A stretch of 64,000 bases of DNA from Octopus sinensis (taxonomy: Eukaryota): NCBI RefSeq assembly GCF_006345805.1, contig NW_021834672.1, positions 3,693 through 67,692 of the forward strand, written 5' to 3'. The notes beneath the pieces are model-generated. The model was given only the letters and a program-made list of their open reading frames with translations, was not told where the DNA came from and did not search any database. Positions 11,220-24,769 of the stretch are shown here, piece by piece. Each line of letters starts with the position of its first letter. Positions within the stretch are counted from its first letter, which is position 1. Both the position numbers and the translations under genes were made by a program.

Positions 11220-12905
11220 TCTTGGATTTTTTCCTCATCAGATTCATAAACGAATAGATGACTTAAGATCCAACAGCATTGGAAATGTAGTAAATAAGTT
11301 AGAACATATCCAATGCTAACCATACAAGTCGCCATCAACTTATTGTTTCAGATGTTAAAATTTGTCTTAGTAGCAATAAAAAAAAATAAGAACACCAAGA
11401 AGATTTTTATAAACATTTCAAAAGAATATAATGTTGAAATTAAAAGAAAAATAAGACTTGAACAAATTTTAGCAATGTAAAGAAGAAAACCACCCGCAAG
11501 AAATGTGGAATAAAGCTAAAATTGTGATTTTGGAAGTAGCAGAAAAAATATTTCCATAGAAAACGAAAAAAAAACATGAAGTGGATATAACAGACGAGAC
11601 ATGAGATAAAGTTAAAGAAAGGAGATCAGTAAAAAAAACACTGTTATGACATCATCTGAATCTAAAGAACGATATCAACAGCTGAGCCATGAAATTCAAA
11701 CCACGATGAAAAAAAGACGATCAGGAAAATATCAACAAATTTTGTGATGAGATTGAAACAAATTCAATAACAAATATTACTAAAGATCTTTACAAAGCAT
11801 TGAAGCTAATAACCAGAACATTTTTACCAAGAAATTGTGATATCAAAGAAAAAGATTGTAATGTGCTTTATGAAGGGAGCGGCATAAAGAAAATTTGGAA
11901 AGAATACCAGCACAACTTATACAAGAAGACACCAGATGTGAATCAAACTGAAAATAGTGAAAATGATCAAAGTCAAAATCGAGTTACAGAAACGGAATCT
12001 CCGTCGTTAATGTCTAAAGTAAAAAGAATATAAAAAAGTCCGAAAAACTACAAAATCCTGGAACAAATGACATAGCAGCAAAACTTTGGGAAAATGGTAA
12101 AGAAACCTCGGTGAAATTATTATAATACAAGTGCACTAAAATGTGGAATTCAAATTTTTAATTCATTCGGAAAAAAATGATGGGATATAATTCGAGGTAA
12201 GAAAACAATAGTGCAATTGCCCTAATAAATCATGGTGAGAAAAAATTTTTTATATAAAATCATTATGCTAGAATTGAAATGAAATATAAATCAGAAATAG
12301 CTGATATAGTTGGTTTTATAGATATAGTTGGTTTTGGAACTAGGAAAAGAACGAGATTTTCTAAATTTAACGCAAAGATAGTTTTTCTGAGAACTACAGA
12401 GCATAATGAAGAATTATTTATTGCTTTTATTGACTATCAAAAAGCTTTTGACACAGTTATTCATGACAAATTATGTTCAGTGACAGTAGAAACGAGGTTT
12501 CGGCAACATGTTATAGAATTATTAAAATTACTTTATTCTCAGTTAACAGCAACTGTCGAAGTAAAGCGGGTTTCACGAGTGTGGTTAGAGATTGAGTGAA
12601 GTATAGACAGCAAGGATGCATTCTTTCTCCTTCTCTGTTTAACTTCTCAGCAGAAAGTGTAAAGAGGACAGCTTTATATGTTTTCTAAGATATACTTCAA
12701 ATCGGTGGAAGAATTGTCAACAATCTCAGATATACCAATGATACTGTCTTTATTTTCGGCAACCTAGAAGACTTGAAGATTTTGACAAAATTAAACGGAT
12801 GATTATCACAAAAGCATATAATCGAAATAATTCTATTATAATAAATAATAAAACTGTCAAAGTGGAGTATGAAATTAAATTGCAGTACACTTTTGCTATT
12901 CCCAG
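11220..12905 (+). mobile_element. RTE-clade LINE, endonuclease C-terminus + reverse transcriptase, decayed
   Basis: VRTYP...SRHQL, TKDLYKALKLIT, IWKEYQHNLY, EHNEELFIAFIDYQKAFDTV, RQGCILSPSLFN, QIGGRIVNNLRYTNDT (YADD motif). Confidence 0.9.
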
Positions 12906-12926
12906 TAGCAAATGTATGCAACTGAA

Positions 12927-13232
12927 GTGGATGCACATGGCCTAGTGGTTAGAGCAGCGAACTCGCGGTCGAGGGATCGCAGGTTTGAATTTCAGACCGG
13001 GCGGTGTGTGTGTGTTTATGAGCGAAATAACCTAAGCCCCACGCGGCTCCGGCAGAAGGTAATGGCGAACTTCTGCTGACTCTATCGCCACAACTTTCTC
13101 TCACTCTTTCCTCCTGCATCTTGCAGCTCACCTGCGACGGACAGGCGTCCCATCCATGTGGAGAACCTATACGCCAAGGAAACCGGGAAACCGGCCCTTA
13201 TGAGCCAGGCGTGGCTCGAGAAGAAACAAAAA
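12927..13232 (+). mobile_element. SINE family C, full length
   Basis: Same family as 6929-7237. TSD AAATGTATG(C/G)AACTGAA at 12910-12926 and 13233-13249. Confidence 0.92.
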
Positions 13233-13439
13233 AAATGTATGGAACTGAATACTGGACTCTTAAAAATAGTTGATAGAAAAAGATAGGTTGCTTCCAAGTT
13301 TGTCGTTTGTCATGAAGGAACAGCTGGATAGAAAAGGAAAACTTTGTATGTGTTGGATCAAATTGGAATCGATTAGAGCCTTTTAAAAGAACAGGATAAG
13401 CTTCTGGTTGGTTCAGGCCGAAACAAATTCTGTTATCAA

Positions 13440-14430
13440 TAGTTCCACACACCTGGAATAGTTCTCCCCATTCATTTGACCTGAAGTACCATTGGCCTCG
13501 AGAGATAGCGATGATGCTTAATGTATGGATACTGTGTTATTTACTGCGTGGATGTGCATTGAAAAAACGCGATAAGGCAGGCAATATGATAGGTCAGATA
13601 GAGTTGATAAGGCGGCGAGCTGGCAGAAACGTTAGGACGCCGGGCGAAATGCGTAGCCGTATTTCGTCTGCCGTTACGTTCTGAGTTCAAATTCCGCCGA
13701 GGTCGACTTTGCCTTCCATCCTTTCGGGGTCGATAAATTAAGTACCAGTAACGCACTGGGGGCGATGTAAACGACTTAATACCTATGTCTGTCCTTGTTT
13801 GTCCCTTCTGTGTTTAGCCCTTTGTGGGTAATAAAGAAATAGGTATTTCGGCTGCCGTTACGTTCTGAGTTCAAATTCCGCCGAGGTTGACTTTGCCTTT
13901 CATCCTTTCGGGGTCGATAAATTAAGTATCAGTTACGCATTGGGGTCGATGTATTCAACTTAATCCCTTTGTCTGTCCTTCTTTGTCCCCTCTACGTTTA
14001 GCCCCTTGTGGGCAATAAAGAAATAAGGTTCAATAGAGTTGAGCTTGACGGTGATGAAGATATTTCGAGTATCCCAATGTCGGTCTAGGATGCGTGCAAA
14101 GGATAAAATTAACTGATGATGAGAGTTAAAGATTGCGAAAGATTTTAGTTTCCGTTCCGATGGCATCAGTTTCGGAAGAAGAGGGCCAAGAATAGTTGTA
14201 TCTGAATGGAGATATATATCTTCAATGAAGAAGAGATGTGGTCAAAGAATTGTTAGTAATCGGAGAGGTGTGAAGAGCAGAGAATAAACAAATGCTTTTG
14301 GAGAAGTGGGCAGAAAGTGTTTGAGGAGAATTAACTGAAGATCTGTTTCTAAAATCTCAGATGAAAGATAAGCCAAACTTATTCTCACCTAGAGAGTGGA
14401 GCCGAGATATGGCAGATATAACTTTTCAAA
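13440..14430 (-). pseudogene. Possible decayed Penelope-like element (RT thumb/linker before GIY-YIG)
   Basis: Minus reads HFLPTSPKAFVYSLLF, RILDRHWDTRNIF and FQCTS..YPYI loosely fit Penelope motifs. Interrupted by a SINE. Confidence 0.35.
13609..14029 (+). mobile_element. SINE family A (two-unit copy)
   Basis: Head plus duplicated body and tail. TSD ATAGAGTTGA at 13598-13607 and 14033-14042. Confidence 0.9.
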
Positions 14431-14807
14431 TTGAAGTTTGAGTATACAGTGCAGCCTGGAAAGTGGAAATCAATTATACATGAGGACTGAGGAAATGGTA
14501 CCTTTCCTCTAAACATCAATGATCCATTTGCAATCACCTGCTACATCACCAACCTACACAAACAACCTAGGCATCTTACACCAAACATCTAGACTTCCAA
14601 AACATCTGACACATAGTAATTTTGCTAAATATATATAAACGACAGAGATAATATTTATTCCCTCCTAAATGTTCTTTTCCCACTTGGATGTTCTTTAAGA
14701 ACAAACTATACTGCGGTAGTTAGCCCGAGAGAAATCTCATATTGGCTTTTGGTGTAAAATAAACACTTGTTTATAACACCACCAGGGGAGATGAACCCTA
14801 CCACCAC

Positions 14808-14930
14808 TAGACCGATAGAATAAGTACTAGGCTTACAAAGAATAAATTCTGGGGTCGATTTGTTCGATTAAAGGTGGTGCTCCAGCATAGCTCAAGTCAA
14901 ATGACTGAAACAAATAAAAGAATAAATGAA
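14808..14930 (+). mobile_element. SINE family B 3' fragment
   Basis: GACCGATAGAATAAGTACTAGGCTTACAAAG...GACTGAAACAAATAAAAG. Confidence 0.85.
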
Positions 14931-15159
14931 TATATATATATATATTTACAAGTAACTATGCATGATGTGTATGTATATAAAAATATACATACATACATAC
15001 ATACATACATGCATACATACATACATACAAGCGCGTGTACGCACACATTTTTCTCCTATTTTCTGAATTTTCAATAGATTCATATCGTGTTTTTTACGAA
15101 TTAATTATATAGAGACATTTCATTATAATCTCTTTGACTATTCTCATTTTACCTTACAT

Positions 15160-15432
15160 ATAATAACTCAACAACTACTGCTGCTGCTACTGCTACTGCT
15201 AGTACTACTGCTGCTGCTGCAACAAGTACCAGTACAACCTCTATCATCCCGACCATTGCTGAAGGCACCATAATCACCGACACCACCATCATCACCATCG
15301 CCACTACACCTGTAGCCATTAGCAACGGCACAACGTAAACAATAGCAACAACAGCAACCACCATCACCACTGTTACAAATACAATTAGCACATCTACTAC
15401 AACCAATACCATAACAACTACTACGACTACTT

Positions 15433-15463
<31 letters not shown>

Positions 15464-15815
15464 AACAAATACCGTTCATAATTATCACATTCACTTGTAC
15501 TACAACCTATACTGCTATCTCTCCGTCATCACTACTGCATCTACTCTTGTCACCACAGCTACTACTATCTCCGCAACTACAAATCTCACTAGCACCACCA
15601 CTGCAGCAATTATCATTAGCAGCTTTACAACTACGAAATCCACCACCAAAACAACAATATCTACTAACATTACTACCACCACTACCACTACCACTGCTAC
15701 GTTGTTAACAATACTTAATACCAATACGACTACAACTTTCATTACAATTAATAGTAAGTAGTATCAGTAGTAGCAGTAGTAACAGCAGCAGCAGCAGTAG
15801 TGGTAGTAGTAGTAT

Positions 15816-15857
<42 letters not shown>

Positions 15858-15992
15858 CAGCAGCAGCAACAGAAGCAGTAGTAGTAGTAGTAGTAGTAGT
15901 AGTTGTAGTAGTTGCTGCCGTCGATGTTGTTGTCGAGCAACATCAATAAATAATAAATTATGATAATGATAATAATAATAATAATAATAATA

Positions 15993-16028
<36 letters not shown>

Positions 16029-16173
16029 GTTGTTGTTATCATCATCATTATTAAAATAAGTAATCTCGATGGTAATTATTATTATCATTATTATTATTAT
16101 TACTATTATTATTATAATTATCTCTATTATCATTATTATCTCTATTATTATTATCATTATTATTATCTTTATC

Positions 16174-16235
<62 letters not shown>

Positions 16236-16270
16236 CATTATTATCATTATTATTAACAAGTAATGATGAT
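15160..16270. repeat. Low-complexity trinucleotide region (ACT/ACC/AGT/AAT/ATT)
   Basis: Cryptic and perfect trinucleotide arrays. Confidence 0.85.
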
Positions 16271-16866
16271 GGACTGCAACGATGAGAGCAACAACAACAA
16301 CAACCTCAATGAACATCGAACAGCGAATAACAACAGCAACATTGATAAAATTCATACCAACCCCCACCCCCAACACACACCGCAATAATAACAAGTGGCG
16401 TTTCTTCTTTTCCACTCACAAATTACACCATTTTTCTTTTATTATTTTCTCCATCTTTGATTTTGAATTTCAAATTTTATTTCTAACAATTTTTTTCTTA
16501 TTTTAAAATTTTTTATTGTCTTTATTTTGTTTTATTTTGTTTTGTTTTTAATCGATGTTGTTGTTTTGATCTTGCTTTGTTGTTTTTTTCCAGTACGTTC
16601 CTATTCTGTTCTTTTTACTTGAAACAAATATCTCACAAGACATTTCACTAGCAAACTTTTACTCTGTAGTTGCTACACCTGTTATTTCAAGACCGTATCT
16701 GCTGCTATTATCTCTCTTTGTCATTTCCCCCCTCCCGCCCCACCCCTCTCACTCTCTCTCTCTCAAGCTCTTTCTCTATCTATCTATCTATCTCTATCAA
16801 TTTATCTACGTCTCTGTTACTTTTCCTCTCTTTTCGCTGTTTATGTATATGTTGGTATATAAATAC

Positions 16867-16879
<13 letters not shown>

Positions 16880-16958
<79 letters not shown>

Positions 16959-17139
16959 CTAGATAGATAGATAGATAGCTATATATATATATGTATATGC
17001 TATGTATATATATACATATTATAATGTATATAAATACGCACATATATATATACATATATATATATCTACATATATATATACATATACCTATGTATGTGTA
17101 TATATAAGTATATATATTAAATATGCATATATATATATG

Positions 17140-17193
<54 letters not shown>

Positions 17194-17354
17194 CATATAG
17201 ACATACTATTCATGAATGTATTGCATATATAAATATTCATATATATGTGCCTGTGTGTGTTTGTGTGTGTACATGCATGCACATGTATATACATGTATAC
17301 ATATGTATATGTAATATATATGTGTGTGTATACATGTATATACATATATAGATA

Positions 17355-17399
<45 letters not shown>

Positions 17400-17436
17400 G
17401 TATGTATATATATGTGTGTGGTGTGTGTGTGTGTGT

Positions 17437-17517
<81 letters not shown>

Positions 17518-17678
17518 CTATATATATAATGTATATGCTATGTATATATATACATATTATAATGTATATAAATACGCACATATATATATACATATATATA
17601 TATCTACATATATATATACATATACCTATGTATGTGTATATATAAGTATATATATTAAATATGCATATATATAATATG

Positions 17679-17714
<36 letters not shown>

Positions 17715-17890
17715 TATAATATATATATACATATAGACATACATATTCATGAATGTATTGCATATATAAATATTCATATATATGTGCCTGTGTGTGTTTG
17801 TGTGTGTACATGCATGCACATGTATATACATGTATACATATGTATATGTATATATATGTGTGTGTATACATGTATATACATATATAGATA

Positions 17891-17935
<45 letters not shown>

Positions 17936-17960
17936 GTATGTATATATATGTGTGTGTGTG
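16880..17960. repeat. Tandem duplication, period about 540 bp, of a compound microsatellite
   Basis: Landmarks recur, e.g. AAATACGCAC at 17032 and 17570, and ATTCATGAATGTATTGCAT twice. Confidence 0.9.
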
Positions 17961-18299
17961 TCTATGTGTGTATACATGTAAATATATATGCACAGGTATA
18001 TGTGTCTGTGTGTTTGTGTGTGTGTGTGTGTGCGTGTATGCACACACACGTATATAAGATTCGCTCTTTTTCCCCAATTCCACTTATTGCATAAATACAC
18101 ATTACTTAATTTTAAAAGTTGTTGATTTAGCTATGGTTATTAGCGTTTTCTTTTAATAATATTTTTTCTCTATGCGTTTCTTGTAGCAGATTTTTTTAAA
18201 GTTCTTGATAGCATTTAGTTTGCTGTTTTTGTAGCTTTCGCAATTAATTTTTGTTATTGGGTGGTGAAAATGAGAGAATAGGATAATGATGACGTTGGT

Positions 18300-18482
18300 G
18301 ATGGCGGCGGCGTTGGTGGTGGTGGTGGTGGTGGTGGTGGTGGTGGTGGTGGTGGTGGTGGTGGTAGTGGTGGTGGTAGTGGTGGTGGTGGTGTTGGTGG
18401 TGGTGTTGGTGGTGGTGGTGGTCGTGGTGGTGGTCGTGGTGGTGGTCGTGGTGGTAGTGGTGGTGGTGGTCGTGGTGGTGGT
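18300..18482. repeat. (GGT)n microsatellite
   Basis: Visible directly in the sequence. Confidence 0.95.
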
Positions 18483-18675
18483 TTCCATTGTTACTGGTTG
18501 CATTGTAATTTATTTTTCTCGATTTCTTTTCTTCTTTAATATTATGTGTTCGAAAATGTCACAAAGCTAAAACATACAGCTTCGACTTTGCAACCAACCA
18601 ACCAACCGATCTACCTGCCTGCCTTCCACTACCAACTGTACCTATATATCTACACATGTGTGTGTATACATACAT

Positions 18676-18709
<34 letters not shown>

Positions 18710-18876
18710 ACTTTTGTCTGTCTACCTGCCAACCTACTTACCTATCGTTAAAGTTCTTCAATTTAAATCGAAATTATATCAATTACTGATTTTTATGTGT
18801 GTGAATATATATAATATATATATATATTATATATATATATAATCACACATATGTATGTTGCGAGTGCGTGTATGTA

Positions 18877-18933
<57 letters not shown>

Positions 18934-18982
18934 GTGTGTTGTGTGTATCATATGCATATGTATAAGTATATCCACTTATATT

Positions 18983-19024
<42 letters not shown>

Positions 19025-19307
19025 TGCATACATATACATATACATATATATATTATACATATATATATATTGTACGTATGCACGTTTCATATGTGAGTGG
19101 AATGGCTTATAATTTTCATATCATGTCTATTGATGAGGATGTGGAAGAGGAGGAGGAGGAGGAAGTGGACGACGACTACAACGAAAACCACCTCGTTTGC
19201 GGCGGCGGTGGCGACGGCAGTATCAATGCAAGAGATGACGTTCGCCGTTTCATCTTTGGAGTAACAAGAAAAAAATCCCCAAACAACAAATACACATATA
19301 TACACAC

Positions 19308-19339
<32 letters not shown>

Positions 19340-19377
19340 GTACATGTGTGTATGTATGCATGCATCTATGTATATAT

Positions 19378-19443
<66 letters not shown>

Positions 19444-19775
19444 TATATATATATATTTATATTTATATACATATATATATGGATGGATGGATGGATGGAC
19501 GTGTATATATATATATATATAGTATATATATATATATATATATATCACAAGATATATTGAATTTCATGAATTCTATAGTAATAATAGAAATTGGTGGTTC
19601 GTGGTGAAGAATCTTTTTAGAAATTGCAGCTTGACAACTTGTATGTGAATTGTGAATTTTATTAGTGAAAGATCTTAGAAATAATTTATTTAATGATTCA
19701 TAGAATATCCAAACTACTTGAGATTTTTCAATAAGTTATGATTCACTGAAACCGCCGCATATACTCTCGCACATG

Positions 19776-19823
<48 letters not shown>

Positions 19824-20133
19824 CATAGGCATATATTGTTTGTTAAATGGTTTGTGTGTTTTGCGTTTTTCTTATGTTGTTTTTCTGGTTGCGGGGATTT
19901 TCTTTGAGAATATCATGTTTGTGTGTGCGCACGTGCGATGATATGCACACGTGTGTGTGTGTGTGTGCGTGTGCGTTTCGTGTGAAAGATGTAACATTTG
20001 TTGTAAATGGGGTTTTCACCATGCGTCCCAATATATATGTGTATATATATGTATATACATCTATCTATCTATATATACGCATACACATATACGTATATAC
20101 ATATATACAATATATATGACTATATATACATAT

Positions 20134-20187
<54 letters not shown>

Positions 20188-20244
20188 ATATATATTATAT
20201 ATTATTATATATATATATAATATATATATATATATATAACACAT

Positions 20245-20688
20245 GGAATACATAAAATGGGATAAGAACGCAAAACATCCAGACAGATGACACAAGAAAG
20301 GGACAAGAAAAAACAAGGATGGGTTATTAGGAACTTCCTTTCCTCAGTCGAGTTCCAGGTTATCTTTGCAATTTCGGCTAGTTATGCTCGAGATTGCTCC
20401 AATCTGGCCAACCCCAAGTAAAAACTAAGCTAAGAGCACAAGATTCCTTGGAAGAAAGCAGCGAATGTATACGAAAACAAGGATAAGCTATCTAGTGGTC
20501 TTAGCTTAATTTTTTCCTTGGGGTTGGCCAGATTGGAGCAACCTCGAGTATAACCAGCCGAAATTGCAAACATAATTTGGAATTCGACTGAGGAAAGAAA
20601 ACTCCGAATGACCCATCCTTGTTTTTCTTGTCCCTTTTTTGTATCATCTGTCTGGATGTTTTGCGTTCTTGTCCCATTGTTGTATTCC
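20245..20688. repeat. Long imperfect inverted repeat (~200-bp arms, 45-bp spacer) inside (TA)n
   Basis: 20245-20444 is the reverse complement, with mismatches, of 20490-20688. Confidence 0.92.
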
Positions 20689-20741
20689 GTTTATATACAT
20701 ATGGCGGCGTACGTACACTTTGGACTCTACATATATATATA

Positions 20742-20818
<77 letters not shown>

Positions 20819-21129
20819 TATAGATAGATATTTTATATATATATATATAAATTTTATTATGTCTGGGGAAAGCCATTCTCTTTTTTAGTGCGTTATTATT
20901 TAAAAAACCGATTCGATTTACACTCATTTAGTTATTATTTAGAAAAAATAAATAACTAAAAGAGTAGAAATCGAACCGGTGAGTGTGTTAAAAAATTAGG
21001 TACTAAAAGAGAATAAAATATGCTTCAACACACGAATTTACATAAAGAATCCTGCAAACAAAATAAAAAACATGAAATATATAGATATATATGTGTAATA
21101 ATGTGTATAATATATATTATATATATATA

Positions 21130-21183
<54 letters not shown>

Positions 21184-21269
21184 TGTATGTATGTATACAT
21201 ATACATGTACATATACATTATATATATATATATATACACATATACATATATATATGTGTGTTCTCTTAA

Positions 21270-21508
21270 ATCTTTTATTTGTTTCAGTCATTTGACTGCG
21301 GCCGTGCTGGTGCACCGACTTTAGTCGAACAAACCGATCCCATGCCTTATTCTTTGTAAAGCTAGCACTTACTCTATCGGTCTTTTTTGCCGAACCGCTA
21401 ACTTACGGAAACGCAAATGCATATGTAAACAACACCCGACGTAAACATCATCTGTCAAGCGATGGTGATGGGACAAACACATACACACAAACATATACGT
21501 ATATATAT

Positions 21509-21542
<34 letters not shown>

Positions 21543-21553
21543 ATATATATATA

Positions 21554-21587
<34 letters not shown>

Positions 21588-21645
21588 TACTACGGGCTTA
21601 TTTCAGTTTCCGTCTACCAATCCTCTCATAAGGCTTTAGTCAGGC
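21270..21645 (-). mobile_element. SINE family B, truncated
   Basis: Matches family B tail and body. Confidence 0.85.
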
Positions 21646-22264
21646 GTGTATATGTAAAAAGGCAGTCCAATATCTCTAGTTGGGATACGGTTAAAAGTTC
21701 AGACGCCATGATGTATTCTTTAAATTTATAATCATTTTCTCAATTTTAAACCTAAATAAAAGTGTATCACCTAACTTTTTACAGCAATTAGAAGCCACGA
21801 AAAAAATCCCCAGCACTAATGGTTATTCATGAGACAGAAACACAACAACACAACACAAACATAACAAATATTAATAAATTAAATGAAAAAGTAAATGAAC
21901 TATCATAGATATATTAGCCTTCAAATCTAGACGTCTTTGAAAACTCTATGTACAAGATATGAAGTAAAGAGAATTTAAATTTTCAAATCGGTGTTAGACG
22001 AAAACATTCATTCTTTATTTAAAATGATTGTGATATAGATGCGCAAATGCTTTAGTGAAGAACTGATGAATAAATAAAAAGAAAAGCTAAAGAGCATCAT
22101 TTTATAATAGAATTTATTTAACGACTGCAATATTTGTGTTTTATTTGAAAACAGCTATTAACGAAAAGATAACGAAGGAACGTATAAAATATAAATGACA
22201 AATACACACACATACATTCATATATATATATACATATATATAACATATATATATATATATATAT

Positions 22265-22339
<75 letters not shown>

Positions 22340-22706
22340 ACAGATTTATGTACGTAAACTCGTTAAGAATAAGCATTAGTCGTTTAAAATTTATAGGCGT
22401 TAAACTGAAACTATGATTATAGACAAAATCCGGAGACGCGCAGATATGAGAATACAGAATATACACGAAACTTAGTATATTCCTTGATATACATGTTCTA
22501 CAAAATATGGTACTACATACCGATGCATTCATACACTTACACTGTAAGTGTATTCATACACTTTGAATACATTTACAGTGTATTTAAATATTCATGTAAT
22601 GGTAGCACATCTGTGATGTTCACAAAAGATGTAGGTTCGGTATAAGGACAGCCTTCGACATTTTTTCCAATCCAAAAGACCTGAGCCTAATCCAATATTC
22701 TCTATG

Positions 22707-22910
22707 TTATTACCTCTGCCTTAGCAAAGGCGGAGGTATTGTTTCCAATCGTGTATGTTTGCTTGTTTGCTTGTTTGTTTGGCCGTGCACAAATATCTCA
22801 AGAACCGCGGATGGATTCGAATGAAACTTTAAGGGCTGTTCGGCCTCATGACTGGCACGACGTGATTAGATTTTGGGATCGATCCGCTACCGAACAAGGA
22901 TTCGGGAAGT
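22707..22910 (+). mobile_element. Helentron-associated (HINE/DINE-like) non-autonomous element fragment
   Basis: TTATTACCTCTGCC...GGCGGAGGTATTGTTT subterminal inverted repeat, then a (GTTT)n tract and ...ATGAAACTTT...TGATTAGATTTTGG. Confidence 0.65.
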
Positions 22911-22919
22911 GAAAAAACT

Positions 22920-23443
22920 TATTTTATTTCTTTCAGTTATTTGAGTGCGGCCATGCTAGAGCACCGCTATTATTCGAGCTAATCGACCCCAGGACATATT
23001 CTTTGTAAGTCTAGTACTTATTCTATGGGCTTCTTTTGCCGAACCGCTCAGTTACGGGGACGTAAACACACAGACATCAGTTGTCTGGCGATGCTGGAGG
23101 GACAAACACAGATACACAAACATACACACACACACACACACAATATATATATATATATATACGACGGGCTTCTTTCAGTTTCCGTCTACCAAATCCACTC
23201 AGAAGGCTTTGGTTGGCCCGAGGCTGTAGTAGAAGACGCTTTCCCACTGTATTTGTCCACCCACCTTCGCTTGACAGCCGATGCCGATGTGTTTACGTCC
23301 CCGTAAATTAGTGGTTCGACCAAATAGACCGATAGAATAAGTATGAGCTTACAAAGAATAAGTCTTGGGGTCAATTTGTTCGACTAAAGGCGGTGTTCCA
23401 GCATGGCTGCAGTCAAATGACTAGAACAAGTAAAAGAATAAAA

Positions 23444-23450
<7 letters not shown>
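22920..23450. mobile_element. Inverted pair of family B SINEs (- 22920-23240; + 23245-23450)
   Basis: Family B tail in opposite orientations on either side of about 23243. Confidence 0.85.
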
Positions 23451-23498
<48 letters not shown>

Positions 23499-23644
23499 TA
23501 TATATAATACAGTGTACATTAAAACACATTAAGAGGCTTCCATCATAGGAATTCTTTATGCTAGAAAGAACAGTTAAAGTCCAAGCCACTAATTAGGGAT
23601 AAATTCTCGAAGGGAATGAAAAATAAAAATATTTACCATATAAT

Positions 23645-23720
23645 TCCTGAACCATGGTTTCTGACTTATTTTAGTAAATAAAAATTATTATTTACCAGGC
23701 GAAGTCTTCATCAACAGGGA
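23645..23720 (-). ncRNA. Hammerhead-like motif with long stem II
   Basis: Minus: cctg-TTGATGA-a-gactt...aagtc-a-GAAA-ccatggt-T-cagg. Palindromic stem III; first core C replaced by T. Confidence 0.65.
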
Positions 23721-23841
23721 CGCCAAAGATTAAATATATAAGCAACGAGGCCAATCCAGCATATCTCATTGCTTGTACATTTTAATTTTTTTCAAATCCA
23801 CTGCGCAAGCGCAGTCTTTTTTGTCGGCAGCAAGAAGATGC

Positions 23842-23885
<44 letters not shown>

Positions 23886-24074
23886 GGTGGTGGTTGTCTA
23901 CTCCTTATGCAGAGTTTGACCTCCTCCTGTACCTACTCCTTATAACCACCATGGCATCTAATGTGGCTTTTTAAACCAGACAATGTTTTCAAAAGACATC
24001 CACATAGATTGCATATCCGATTTGGACTTCCAAGAGCTGCAGATAAATTCTGATCTTTGAGGATCTTAAAATGT

Positions 24075-24430
24075 CTTTTATCTTTTATCTTTTACTTGTT
24101 TCGGTCATCATTAGACTGTGGTCATGCTGGGGCATCGGTCTGAAAGGTTTTTAATCGAAGAAATCTACCCCAGGACTTATTTTATTTTAAGCCTACTATT
24201 CTTTTCTACTTCAGGCACAAGGCCTGAAATTTCGGGAGAAGGAACCAGTCGATTAGATCGACTCCACAACGCAACTGGTTTAATTCATCGATCCCGAAGG
24301 AAGAAAGACAAAGTCGACCTCGGCGGAATTTGAACTCAGAACGTAAAGACAGACGAAATACCGCTAAACATTTTGGCCGACACGCTAGCGTTTCTGCCAG
24401 TTCGCCACCTTTTTAAGCCTCCTATTAATT
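24075..24430 (-). mobile_element. Family A SINE (about 24200-24411) nested in a family B fragment
   Basis: TTTTAAGCCT(A/C)CTATT is duplicated on both sides of the family A copy. Confidence 0.8.
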
Positions 24431-24769
24431 CTATCATTCCCTTTTTCTGCGCAATAGATACAAGCCCTGAATGTCGAGTCCGAATTTAGCCTTTTAGTCG
24501 TGTCCTGTAGTTGTATAAAACAGCTACCATCTTATATTGCTATGGCATGGTGTTTTTTTGTGTTATACATACTACTCTGTTAATACAACACATTTAAATG
24601 GATGTTGTGAAAATTTCGAAAGCAAGTAATCAATTTTTATTCACTTGAGACTTTCCCGCAATTTTGAACTGTAGTTATTTATAACAGTTATGCACTTCAA
24701 ATAGCTGAAAATTAACATCTTTTCTTCAATCATTTCTTTTGACATTTTGGCCAGAAAGTCCAGGTCAGT

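Noticed and set aside
15149-15761. Thr/Ser/Val-rich ORFs as a mucin or GPCR N-terminus
   Set aside because: Cryptic trinucleotide repeats with stops in all frames and no recognisable domain.
18153-18503. MQPVTMETTTT... ORF
   Set aside because: Driven by (ACC)n; no homology or splice support.
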